DNA of 59,407 bases, counting the filler, from Fonticula-like sp. SCN 57-25 (Eukaryota), in assembly GCA_001724245.1 (NCBI GenBank). It is 5 parts of 5 records of this genome, joined end to end, with 100 filler letters (N's around TTAATTAATTAA, not from the genome) between each part and the next. Parts side by side here need not be neighbours in the genome. Positions count along the whole stretch, not along the records: positions 11,041 to 21,976 come from MEDX01000211.1; 4 more parts are not named here. One strand, given 5' to 3'. Below are positions 12,911 to 20,613 of the stretch, piece by piece. The translations under genes and the position numbers were made by a program. The notes beneath the pieces are model-generated. The model saw only the letters and a list, made by a program, of their open reading frames with translations. It had not been told where the DNA came from and made no database searches. Within the stretch, counting starts at the first letter, position 1. The number at the start of each line of letters is the position of its first letter.

Positions 12911-13607
12911 CGGCGTCCCCCGCGACATCCCCTCGACGCGCGTGTTCGTGTCGGGGGCGACGGGCTCCGGCAAGTCGCATTTCATCCGCGCGCGCATCAT
13001 GCCCCGGGTGCCGCGCGCGGTCTATGTCGATTTCGTCGGCGAGTGGGAGCGGCGGCGCGCCGAGCTCCGGGGGCGCGTCGCCCTCGCCTATAGTGTGCAC
13101 GATGCGCGCACGCGCCTCGCCGAGCTCGCCGGCGTGCGAGAGTGGTCGCTCATCGTCCAGATCGACCCGAGCGAATTCGCCGAAATGGCGCGTCTCCTGG
13201 TGCCGCCGCGCTTCACGGATGCGACGCCGGTCTATGCGCGCGCGGTCGGGGGCGTCGCGCTGGTCTGTGACGAGCTCGACCTGCTCGCCCCGCATAACGC
13301 GCCCCCCGACGTGCTCGCGCTCTGGCGGCGCGGCCGGCATGTCGGGCTGTCGATCTACGCCGCGACGCAGATGCCGTCAGCGGTGCACCCGACCGTGCGG
13401 GGCATGTCGCGCTACCTCGTGCTGTGCCAGATGCACGAAGTGAACGCCATCAACTACTTTCGCGCGACGGTGCCGCCGAACGTCCTCGATCGCCTAACGG
13501 GGCTCCCGCCGCATGAAGCGATCGTGTTTGACGCGCACAGCCGGCGCGCGTGGCACCTGAATAAGCGCGCGCGTGTTCTATGGGATTCCGCGCGAGACGC
13601 CGAATAA
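12903..13607 (+). CDS. FtsK/HerA-superfamily genome packaging ATPase (A32/P9-like)
   Basis: Walker A GATGSGKS, Walker B LVCDELD, arginine-finger/sensor RRGRHVGLSIYAATQ; 234 aa stand-alone ATPase next to the capsid gene. Confidence 0.88.
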   Translation: MPNGVPRDIPSTRVFVSGATGSGKSHFIRARIMPRVPRAVYVDFVGEWERRRAELRGRVALAYSVHDARTRLAELAGVREWSLIVQIDPSEFAEMARLLVPPRFTDATPVYARAVGGVALVCDELDLLAPHNAPPDVLALWRRGRHVGLSIYAATQMPSAVHPTVRGMSRYLVLCQMHEVNAINYFRATVPPNVLDRLTGLPPHEAIVFDAHSRRAWHLNKRARVLWDSARDAE

Positions 13608-13721
13608 TGGGGAGTTACGGCACGCCTACTTGACGGCGCGCCCCGCGACGTGTTAGGCATGACCCCGAGTGCTCGCCGCTCGGGGTTTCCCGTTTCCTCT
13701 CTCGCTCTGGAGTCGTTAGGT

Positions 13722-13856
13722 ATGCAGGATCTTGCGCCGAAGTCGCCCGTTGACCTCAAGAACGTCGGGGCCGTCATCGGGTTCGCCCTGGCGGTGGCCG
13801 TGACGGTCGCTCTCCTCAACCGGGTCGGCTTCGCGAAGAAGCTGATCGCGGGCTAA
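13722..13856 (+). CDS. 44-aa single-pass membrane protein preceding the capsid gene
   Basis: GGAG at 13709-13712 before ATG 13722; TM VGAVIGFALAVAVTVALL. Confidence 0.65.
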   Translation: MQDLAPKSPVDLKNVGAVIGFALAVAVTVALLNRVGFAKKLIAG

Positions 13857-13872
13857 CCCGGAGCGCCCGCAC

Positions 13873-14880
13873 ATGCTGCGACAGGCCATCGCGCCCCTGG
13901 CGAACATCGCCGCGATCACGGGGCAGAAAGCAGTCACCGACATGCGCAACGGGATGCGCACGCTCGGGGTGATGATCCGAATCGTGTGCGACGTGACTAT
14001 CTCGGTCGCGGCCGTCACGGCGATTCGCAACGGCGGCTCGGTCCTCGCCCTCGTCGATGCGGTGGGGATCACGGAAAACGGCGTCGACAAGGTGCTGTTC
14101 AATGGACGCATGGCGGGGTTTGTCGGGCGCGTCAACTCGGTGGTAGATACGCCGAGCCGCACGCGCCTAACGTCGACGGCGCAGGGCGTGACGACGCTGG
14201 ACGAGACGATCTTCCTCCCCTTCGGGTCGGCGTGGCAAATCAACGCCGGCGACTCCGCGTTCGTGGAGCGCGACCCGCGCGCCTCGCTCCAGGTGTTCGT
14301 GAACTGGAATCCGGCCATCGGGAAGCTGGTGACGGTCGGCGGCGCAACCGTGGCGTTCGGAAACCCGACGATCACGGTGGAACAGGTCTACGACGACGAG
14401 CGCCAGCAGAAGCGGCCGCTGTTCCTCCCGTACTACCGCGAACAGTCCTTCATCGTCGCGGGCGCCGGCCAGCAACCGCCGATGTACCTCAAAACGTCGC
14501 GGTGGATTCGCGGGCTCGCGATCCAGCAGGACTCGGACGTGGGCGAGGTGTCGGACATCATCACCAACGTCATCTTGCGCGGCGACAACCGCGACATCAT
14601 CGCGCCCCCGGGGGCGTCGGTGGCGCGCCTCGCGCGGCTCGGCGAGGCGTTCAACAACGCCAAGGGCAGCAACGATGCGGGGTACCTGTGGCTCCCCTTC
14701 ACGCATGGGGGCCGGCTCAGCAACTCGATCTCCCCCGTGAACGACTCGAACATGCGCCTGGAGTTCACCGCCCAACCAACGGGAGCGGCGGGCGCAACCT
14801 CGTCCATCATCCGCGTCGGGCTCCTGGAGCTCGAACGGGTCGGCGGGCTCACGGCGGACGCGCTCGCGTTCAACGCCTAA
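13873..14880 (+). CDS. Putative double-jelly-roll major capsid protein
   Basis: 335 aa, beta-strand rich, no TM, two roughly equal halves. IFLPF in the first half and GYLWLPFTHGGRLSNSI...NMRLEF in the second resemble prokaryotic DJR capsid proteins. GGAG RBS; follows the A32-like ATPase. Confidence 0.72.
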   Translation: MLRQAIAPLANIAAITGQKAVTDMRNGMRTLGVMIRIVCDVTISVAAVTAIRNGGSVLALVDAVGITENGVDKVLFNGRMAGFVGRVNSVVDTPSRTRLTSTAQGVTTLDETIFLPFGSAWQINAGDSAFVERDPRASLQVFVNWNPAIGKLVTVGGATVAFGNPTITVEQVYDDERQQKRPLFLPYYREQSFIVAGAGQQPPMYLKTSRWIRGLAIQQDSDVGEVSDIITNVILRGDNRDIIAPPGASVARLARLGEAFNNAKGSNDAGYLWLPFTHGGRLSNSISPVNDSNMRLEFTAQPTGAAGATSSIIRVGLLELERVGGLTADALAFNA

Positions 14881-14895
14881 CGCCTAACGGCGTAC

Positions 14896-15004
14896 GCCCC
14901 GCGTCTCGGGGCTCTGCCGCCTCACGGTGGCGCTCGAATACCCCAACAAGGGGGGGAAGCTCTGCCGGCGCGGTGGGGGCCGGCATCTTCCCACCCCTAC
15001 GGGG
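14896..15004 (+). other. Intergenic cluster of five consecutive hairpins after the capsid gene
   Basis: GCCCCG/CGGGGC; GCCGCC/GGTGGC; CCCC/GGGG; GGGAAG..TGCCGGC/GCCGGCA..CTTCCC; CCCC/GGGG. Confidence 0.5.
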
Positions 15005-15029
15005 CCTCTCCTCTCTCCCTCGCTGACTC

Positions 15030-15473
15030 ATGGCCGCCGCCGCCATCATCGCCGCAAGCTCGCAGATCATTTCCGGGGTGCAATCGCTGTCGGGTGGCAA
15101 CAACAAGGACCCCGAACGGCTCGCCGCGAATAGCGACGCCTATGCCCGGGCGCAGGGGGGCGACGCGAACGCGCTCGCGTTCTTGAAGCAACGCACCGGG
15201 GAGTATGGCATCGCCAACGTCCCCGGATATGGGCAGATCGGCGGATGGGCGACCGCGACCGCCAAGGCGGACGCCAAGGCCAAGTACAACGCGCTCACGA
15301 CGGCCGCCAGCGTCAACACGGCGATCGCCTCGGCCGGGGAACAGGTGCGCGACGTGGCGCTCTCCGCTGGCTATGACGTGCACCCGACCGTTGGCGGGAT
15401 GAAGACCGAGCATCTTGTCATGCTCGCCGGCGTCGCGGTGGTGGTGTTCCTCTACTTCCGCAAGGGGCGTTAG
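15030..15473 (+). CDS. Virion membrane protein candidate with C-terminal TM
   Basis: Ala/Gly-rich 147 aa ending LVMLAGVAVVVFLYFRKGR. Confidence 0.7.
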   Translation: MAAAAIIAASSQIISGVQSLSGGNNKDPERLAANSDAYARAQGGDANALAFLKQRTGEYGIANVPGYGQIGGWATATAKADAKAKYNALTTAASVNTAIASAGEQVRDVALSAGYDVHPTVGGMKTEHLVMLAGVAVVVFLYFRKGR

Positions 15474-15476
15474 GCA

Positions 15477-16211
15477 ATGGGCGTGCTATACGACATCGCA
15501 ACCGATCCCCTCGCAATCCTGTGGGGATGGGCGACGTACATCGAGAACGAGCTCTTGCCGAGGAACCGGGCCAAGCTGAACGCCTGGGTCACGGAAGCGC
15601 GCGCGGCCGGGCTGTATGAAGGGACGATCATCGCCGCAGTCCTCGGTCCTTGGAACGCTTGGGATGCCGCCAACGCCGACCTGGCCGCGATCGCGATCCC
15701 GAACGAAATGAAGCGCATTCAGGCGGGCGGCGCGCCGGGCAACCTCGATGCGTTCAAGTGGACGTTTCCCCCCGCGCTTCCTGACATTTCTACGCTCCTG
15801 GCGAAGCAAGGCGGGGCGCTCGCCGGGTCGGCGCAATACACGGCGGCGCTGTCGCCGCAAGCGGCGCCCGCGCCGCCCGCGATCCCGGCCGCCGTCCTCG
15901 CGGACCCGACGCCATCGCTGCAATCCGTCATCAACAACATGTCCCCCGAGCTCCGCCCGGGTGCCACGCCGCAAGGCGCGCCGCTCGATCCCCTGGGGAG
16001 CGCCGGCGTCCTCGGCGATGCGCCCCAATCGGGGAGCCTCGGGGCCAGCGGCAATTCAGGGGCGCCCTCGCTGAGCTCCCCTGCGGGGCCGGCGGATCCC
16101 CTGGACGCCGGCGCCTCGGTCGGGGCGTCCCTCGCGACGCTGGACGGCTGGCCGCCGTGGCTGTGGCTGGCGGTGCTCGTCGGCGCGGCCCTCGTCTTCG
16201 GCCGGCGTTAG
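15477..16211 (+). CDS. Virion membrane protein candidate with Pro/Ala/Ser-rich linker and C-terminal TM
   Basis: 244 aa ending WPPWLWLAVLVGAALVFGRR. Confidence 0.7.
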   Translation: MGVLYDIATDPLAILWGWATYIENELLPRNRAKLNAWVTEARAAGLYEGTIIAAVLGPWNAWDAANADLAAIAIPNEMKRIQAGGAPGNLDAFKWTFPPALPDISTLLAKQGGALAGSAQYTAALSPQAAPAPPAIPAAVLADPTPSLQSVINNMSPELRPGATPQGAPLDPLGSAGVLGDAPQSGSLGASGNSGAPSLSSPAGPADPLDAGASVGASLATLDGWPPWLWLAVLVGAALVFGRR

Positions 16212-16214
16212 GCG

Positions 16215-16463
16215 ATGCCCTGCGGCTGTCGTGCTGCGACCGGCGCGCCGGCCAGCCCCCCGCCCTCAGTGGTGGGGGCGCCGGCGAGCGCCGGCTATCC
16301 CCTCCCCTCTCCCGCTGCCCCTAGCGTCGCGCCTATGCCCTCGGTGCAAACCCTCCCCGGCGTGACCATTACGGCCGACGCGCCGACGTCCCGAACGCTG
16401 CCCCCGTGGCTCTGGCTCGCGCTGGCCGCGCTCGCCGGGTATCTCGCGGCGAGGGGGCGCTAA
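16215..16463 (+). CDS. Small Pro-rich membrane protein
   Basis: 82 aa ending LPPWLWLALAALAGYLAARGR; TAATG overlap with the next gene. Confidence 0.65.
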   Translation: MPCGCRAATGAPASPPPSVVGAPASAGYPLPSPAAPSVAPMPSVQTLPGVTITADAPTSRTLPPWLWLALAALAGYLAARGR

Positions 16464-16705
16464 TGGTACCGCGCGAGGGCGTCCCGCCCAATCTGCTGCG
16501 CTATCTCGTCGTAGCGACGGCGGTGTGCTATGTCGGGTTGCGCGTGATCGAGGCGCTACGCCTGGCGCGCGCGACGCCGGCCGAGGACCCGACGCCGGCC
16601 GAGGACCCCACGCCGGTGGAGGACCCCACGCCGGCCGAGGACCCCACGCCGGCCGAGGACCCCACGCCGGCCGAGGACCCCACGCCGGCCGAGGATGACG
16701 CATGA
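16463..16705 (+). CDS. 80-aa membrane protein with acidic TPAEDP repeat tail
   Basis: ATG 16463 in a TAATG overlap; TM YLVVATAVCYVGL; ATGA overlap with the next gene. Confidence 0.65.
   Translation: MVPREGVPPNLLRYLVVATAVCYVGLRVIEALRLARATPAEDPTPAEDPTPVEDPTPAEDPTPAEDPTPAEDPTPAEDDA
16574..16696 (+). repeat. 18-bp coding tandem repeat, about 7 copies (ACGCCGGCCGAGGACCCC)
   Basis: Read directly; encodes (TPAEDP)n with one TPVEDP variant. Confidence 0.95.
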
Positions 16706-17259
16706 TCCGCTACACGAATCTCACGGCGAGCTCGTTGCCGGCACCTAACGACGTCTGGCGCGTCACGGTGCGGCGCTCGGGGGAGCTCGCCCGCGTGGGC
16801 CTCGAAATCCTGACGCTCTCGCTCTGGGATACGTCGGTCGCGCGCATCGCCGAGGATTGGGCCGTGCGCGTGCACTCGGCGGGCGTCGGCGTGCTGCGCG
16901 CGGAACCCGTCATCGACGAGAAAGGCGGGCTGTTCGTCGTCGATATGCAGTTTGACAGCAGTATTCCCCTGGTCCCCGCCTCGCGGATCGTCGCAACATG
17001 GGAAGACTGGATCCCCAATACCGAGGTGATCGCGGTCGAGCGGGTCAAAGCGACCGAGCGCGACGGCGCGGGCGCCCAGGCGGGCCAGGCGCGCGCGTTA
17101 GGCGCGGGCGCTGACATCATCGCCGCGGATTCGATCGTGCCCAAGATCGCCGACGCGGGCACCGGACTCGTGAAGGGCATCGGCACCGGCGCGCTGCTGC
17201 TCGGCATCGCCGCGCTGGTCTTCGCCGGCTTGCTCCTCGAGAAACGGCTCAAGTCATGA
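16702..17259 (+). CDS. Phage protein with C-terminal TM
   Basis: 185 aa ending GALLLGIAALVFAGLLLEKR; coupled overlaps on both sides. Confidence 0.65.
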   Translation: MIRYTNLTASSLPAPNDVWRVTVRRSGELARVGLEILTLSLWDTSVARIAEDWAVRVHSAGVGVLRAEPVIDEKGGLFVVDMQFDSSIPLVPASRIVATWEDWIPNTEVIAVERVKATERDGAGAQAGQARALGAGADIIAADSIVPKIADAGTGLVKGIGTGALLLGIAALVFAGLLLEKRLKS

Positions 17260-17447
17260 CGTGGCCGCCGCTGTTGAAGGTGATGGCGCCCCTCGCGCTC
17301 CGCGACGTCGCGCGACAGGTCGAGACGGTCGGCGCGGATGCAATGGCCGGGCAGATCGTCGCGGCCGTGGATGCGATCGTGACGCCCGGCGAGCGCCGCG
17401 CGTTAGGCGCGCTCGCGTCTGCCCTCGCCGCGCGGTGGTCGCCATGA
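17256..17447 (+). CDS. Hypothetical 63-aa phage protein
   Basis: ATGA overlaps at both ends fill the gap exactly. Confidence 0.55.
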   Translation: MTWPPLLKVMAPLALRDVARQVETVGADAMAGQIVAAVDAIVTPGERRALGALASALAARWSP

Positions 17448-17950
17448 AGCTCACGGAACATTTCACCGCCGAGGAAATCGGGTGGGCGCAGATCCCCGCG
17501 GATCTACGCCCGAACGCGCTCGCGACGCTCGCGCTCCTGGAGACGTTCCGGCGCGTCGTGGGCTCGCGCGTGCAGGTGACATCGCTCTGGCGGAGTGGCG
17601 ATCGCAACGCCGCGGTCGGGGGCGTCCCCGCCTCGCAACACCTGGACGCGACGGCGGCCGACGTGCAGACGCTGGATGTCCCCTACGACGAGGCGTGGCG
17701 TCGGGCGCGGGAGTCGGTCGAGCTCCGCCAGGCGATCGGGCAACTGATCGGCTATGCGAGAGAGACGCATTTTCATATTGCGCTTCCCGTGCGCGGCAAG
17801 CGTGGGGAAGTGCTCTGGCAGTCGGGCGGGGAATATGCCGTGGTGTCGCCCTCGTTAGGTGCGCCGGACCTGCTGCGCTTCATCCCGGCCGATCGCCGCG
17901 CGCTGGTGGCCGCGCTCGCGGTGGCGGGCATCGTCATTCTGGGGGACTAA
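17444..17950 (+). CDS. Peptidase M15 (M15_3-type) peptidoglycan hydrolase with C-terminal membrane anchor
   Basis: MKLTEHFTAEE; VTSLWRS...NAAVGG..SQHLDATAAD (SxH-x6-D); HFH; ends ALVAALAVAGIVIL; ATG 17444. Confidence 0.85.
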   Translation: MKLTEHFTAEEIGWAQIPADLRPNALATLALLETFRRVVGSRVQVTSLWRSGDRNAAVGGVPASQHLDATAADVQTLDVPYDEAWRRARESVELRQAIGQLIGYARETHFHIALPVRGKRGEVLWQSGGEYAVVSPSLGAPDLLRFIPADRRALVAALAVAGIVILGD

Positions 17951-18261
17951 TGGGGCCGAGTTATCGCATTCTGACGTTTGACCTCACCCTCGCGCGTGAT
18001 CGCGTGCTGGTGTCGCAGGTGGCGCCGGGCGCGCGTTATACCGCCGTGAAGGTGCTCGAATGCCCCTCCGGCGCGGGCGTGGAGCTCGCCTTTGGGGCGA
18101 GCGCCGAGAATGTGCCGGCGGTCCTCAATCGGGAGTTCTCCTGGCTGGATGCGTGCGGGCACCCGTTCGGGGCCGATGAAGGGCTGTTACTCACGCACCC
18201 GGCGGGCGCGGGCACGCTGAAACTGCTGGTCGCGTTCGAGAACGCGGTCAGCGTCACCTAA
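17950..18261 (+). CDS. 103-aa beta-rich soluble protein, candidate single-jelly-roll penton
   Basis: ATG 17950 in a TAATG overlap; alternating hydrophobic strands; sits before the spike candidate. Function inferred from size and context. Confidence 0.45.
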   Translation: MGPSYRILTFDLTLARDRVLVSQVAPGARYTAVKVLECPSGAGVELAFGASAENVPAVLNREFSWLDACGHPFGADEGLLLTHPAGAGTLKLLVAFENAVSVT

Positions 18262-18276
18262 CGCCTAACGCTCGCC

Positions 18277-19053
18277 ATGCGCATTCTCGACCCCTCGCGC
18301 GGAAGTCTGCTCGACACGCTGCTGTTCGAAGCGACGACCGACCTCAACGGCACGCAAGCGCCGACGAACATTGCGGGCGTCTACTCGCTCCTCGCCGGGC
18401 GCGGCGCGCTGACGGGCGGACCGGCCGCCAACTTCTGGGGCGCGGTCGGGGCGCCAGCCGTGGTGTACGACGCGGCGCGCGGGCGCCGACTCATCGAAAT
18501 CGTCTCCAATGCCGGCTCGCGCCAGGTGATTCACGGCGGGTGGGGCGCATCCTTCGGCGTCGATTTCGCGGCGGTCGGCGATCCCCAGTGGGCGCTGCTG
18601 CGGCCCATGCGGCGCTATACCTGGCTCCTCCCGGTGGCGGCGCCCGTGCGCGGGGGCGTGATCGTCAATTGCGGGACGGGCGCGACGAACGGGCTCCTAG
18701 ACACGTTAGGCACCGACCCATTCTTCGGGTGGTCATCAGATCCCGCGATCAACGGCGGGCGCTGGACGGTGCGCTACCGCCGTACGGCGGGCGGGGGCAG
18801 TACGACGGCCGACGATTCGGGGGTGGCGCTCGATGCCACCTGGCATATCCTCGGCGTGCGCTATACCGAGGGCGCGCGCCCCACGCTCGAAGCACTGATG
18901 GACGGCCGCACCGTGGCGAAACTCGTGGGCCGGGCCGCGCTACCGGACACGATCGCCAACAATGCGTACCGCCTCGGCCTCGGGATGCCACCCGGCGCGG
19001 GGACGACGGTACGCTGCGACGATGCGGTGTACCGCATAGAAACGGTGGAGTAA
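18277..19053 (+). CDS. Candidate spike/receptor-binding protein (ConA/LamG-like C-terminal half)
   Basis: 258 aa, Gly/Trp and beta rich; DATWHILGVRY...ALMDG resembles the lectin-fold WHhv...lyvDG motif. Confidence 0.5.
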   Translation: MRILDPSRGSLLDTLLFEATTDLNGTQAPTNIAGVYSLLAGRGALTGGPAANFWGAVGAPAVVYDAARGRRLIEIVSNAGSRQVIHGGWGASFGVDFAAVGDPQWALLRPMRRYTWLLPVAAPVRGGVIVNCGTGATNGLLDTLGTDPFFGWSSDPAINGGRWTVRYRRTAGGGSTTADDSGVALDATWHILGVRYTEGARPTLEALMDGRTVAKLVGRAALPDTIANNAYRLGLGMPPGAGTTVRCDDAVYRIETVE

Positions 19054-19253
19054 TGCGATTCCTGAACGGCTTCAAGACGGCGTTAGGCGGGTTGGGGCTC
19101 CTGGTGACGGCGCTTAACGACTCGCTGCACGTGCTGCCGGATACCTGGCGGCCCTACGTCGTGGGCGCCTCGGCGGTGCTGACCGCGTTAGGCGTGATCC
19201 ACAAGGCCGAGAAGCGGCAAGAGGGCAAGGCGACGCCGGCTGCGGGGCGCTGA
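19053..19253 (+). CDS. Holin-like 66-aa protein with two TM segments
   Basis: MRFLNGFKTALGGLGLLVTAL...YVVGASAVLTALGVI followed by a charged tail. Confidence 0.55.
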   Translation: MRFLNGFKTALGGLGLLVTALNDSLHVLPDTWRPYVVGASAVLTALGVIHKAEKRQEGKATPAAGR

Positions 19254-19417
19254 TGTGGGCGCGGGTCGCGGACACGCTGGTCGGGCTCATGCTCGGCGGG
19301 CTGATGGCGACGGCGGGCTCGTATTGGATGCTCGGCCGGTCCGTCGTTAGGCTCGAAGTGGAGGTCGTGGCGCTCCGCCGCGACCTGGACCGACTCCTGG
19401 GGAGGGACGACGCATGA
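19253..19417 (+). CDS. 54-aa TM plus coiled-coil protein (not in the ORF track), possible lysis accessory
   Basis: TGATG and ATGA overlaps; MWARVADTLVGLMLGGLMATAGSYWMLGRSVVRLEVEVVALRRDLDRLLGRDDA. Confidence 0.6.
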   Translation: MWARVADTLVGLMLGGLMATAGSYWMLGRSVVRLEVEVVALRRDLDRLLGRDDA

Positions 19418-19830
19418 AAAGCTCGGGATGGCTCGCGCTGGCGGTGCTCGCCGGCTGGTGGTGGCTCTCGCGCCGCGCGGCGCCGCTGACGCAAGCACCG
19501 GCGACGACGCCGGCCGCCTCGGGGGGCGCGTCCGGGGGCGCGTCCGGGGGCGCGTCGCCCGTCCTCGCGGTGGCGCCGGACGCGGTGGTCTACGTCGCGA
19601 CCCCCGAGGGGGGATACCTCGCGACGGGGGACGACGTGGCGCGGCGCGCCCAATCGGCCGGCGAGCTCGGGGACCCGACCGCCTGGCGCCCGCCCGAAGG
19701 CCACTTGCCACCCGACCCGCAACGCGTGTGGTCGGAGCTCGTGCGCGCCGAGGACGCGGGGGCGGTGCCTGATCCCTGGCGGGACGCGCTGGTGCTCGAC
19801 TACGCCGCCGGGCGGCTGGCGCAGTTATAG
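19414..19830 (+). CDS. Protein with N-terminal TM and GGAS linker
   Basis: MKSSGWLALAVLAGWWWL; (SGGA)3 linker. Confidence 0.6.
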   Translation: MKSSGWLALAVLAGWWWLSRRAAPLTQAPATTPAASGGASGGASGGASPVLAVAPDAVVYVATPEGGYLATGDDVARRAQSAGELGDPTAWRPPEGHLPPDPQRVWSELVRAEDAGAVPDPWRDALVLDYAAGRLAQL

Positions 19831-19859
19831 GGCGAGACACCCGATAACAACCCGAAAGG

Positions 19860-19888
19860 TTGCGGCATCGGGGGCGACTCGTCATACT
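19860..19888 (+). promoter_or_regulatory. Putative sigma70-type promoter
   Basis: TTGCGG-N17-CATACT upstream of GAGAGG RBS and ATG 19930. Confidence 0.4.
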
Positions 19889-19929
19889 CTCGCACGCGGT
19901 ACCCCCACCTGAGACGAGAGGATATCAAG

Positions 19930-20106
19930 ATGCTGCTGCATACCGTGACGTACTCATGCGGGACTCCCCAGGAGCGCACGACCACGATTCGCAGGGCGCG
20001 CCGCCTGACGTACGACGGGTGCGCCCGCATTATTGCGGCGAGTCTGGGCGTGCCGCCGCGCGCGGTCGCGGTGATCCGGGTGGACGTCGCCACTGACACC
20101 CGCTGA
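19930..20106 (+). CDS. 58-aa hypothetical protein (not in the ORF track)
   Basis: GAGAGG RBS then MLLHTVTYSCGTPQERTTTIRRARRLTYDGCARII... Confidence 0.5.
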   Translation: MLLHTVTYSCGTPQERTTTIRRARRLTYDGCARIIAASLGVPPRAVAVIRVDVATDTR

Positions 20107-20119
20107 GCGAGGCCACCCT

Positions 20120-20398
20120 ATGCGCGCGCTCTTTATTCAGTCGCAGCACGGCCCCCACCGCTGCTCCCTCCGCTACGACGACGAGGCGGGCCGGCGCGTC
20201 GAGCGGGACTTTTTCGCGCCCCCAGGCGGCGGGTACGTGCGCGAGGACTGGAGCAATCCCCGCCAGGTCTGCGACCGGCTCGGCTCGGCCGGCGCGACGC
20301 TGGTGTGGGACCCGGCGAGCGGTCCCCTGGTCGAGCTGATCCGGCGCGAGTGGCGGGCGATGCGGCGCGCCGAACGGACTCGGCGGGAGCGTTGGTAG
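20120..20398 (+). CDS. 92-aa hypothetical phage protein
   Basis: GAGG before ATG; protein-like composition. Confidence 0.55.
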   Translation: MRALFIQSQHGPHRCSLRYDDEAGRRVERDFFAPPGGGYVREDWSNPRQVCDRLGSAGATLVWDPASGPLVELIRREWRAMRRAERTRRERW

Positions 20399-20613
20399 GT
20401 GTCAAACAAAATGCCACCCCCTAACGAGAGAGCGGCGGTAAGTGCCGAAATGGCAACGAGATAACACCTATTATGCGCAATTGCTTCGGACTCACTAGGC
20501 GGGAGTTTCCCCCCGCCTAGCAAGCGGAGACGACGGGTTGGCGCCCGTCCCTCCATCACTCCCCGCCGACCGGGACGGAACCCCGTTAGGCGGTACAATC
20601 GAGAGAACAGGCC

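Noticed and set aside
13630-13660. Late promoter TTGACG upstream of the capsid operon
   Set aside because: Good -35 but no convincing -10 at 16-18 bp, so not listed as a feature
14874-14889. Telomere-like TTAGG(C) repeats
   Set aside because: At most two tandem copies, internal and on both strands
16574-16696. CRISPR array
   Set aside because: Head-to-tail 18-bp units without spacers, in frame within a gene; no cas genes
11825-20590. GTTAGGC/GCCTAAC as integron attC core and inverse-core sites
   Set aside because: They match GTTRRRY/RYYYAAC, but most copies are inside genes, they are not paired as inverse core then core within ~60-140 bp after genes, and no integrase is present
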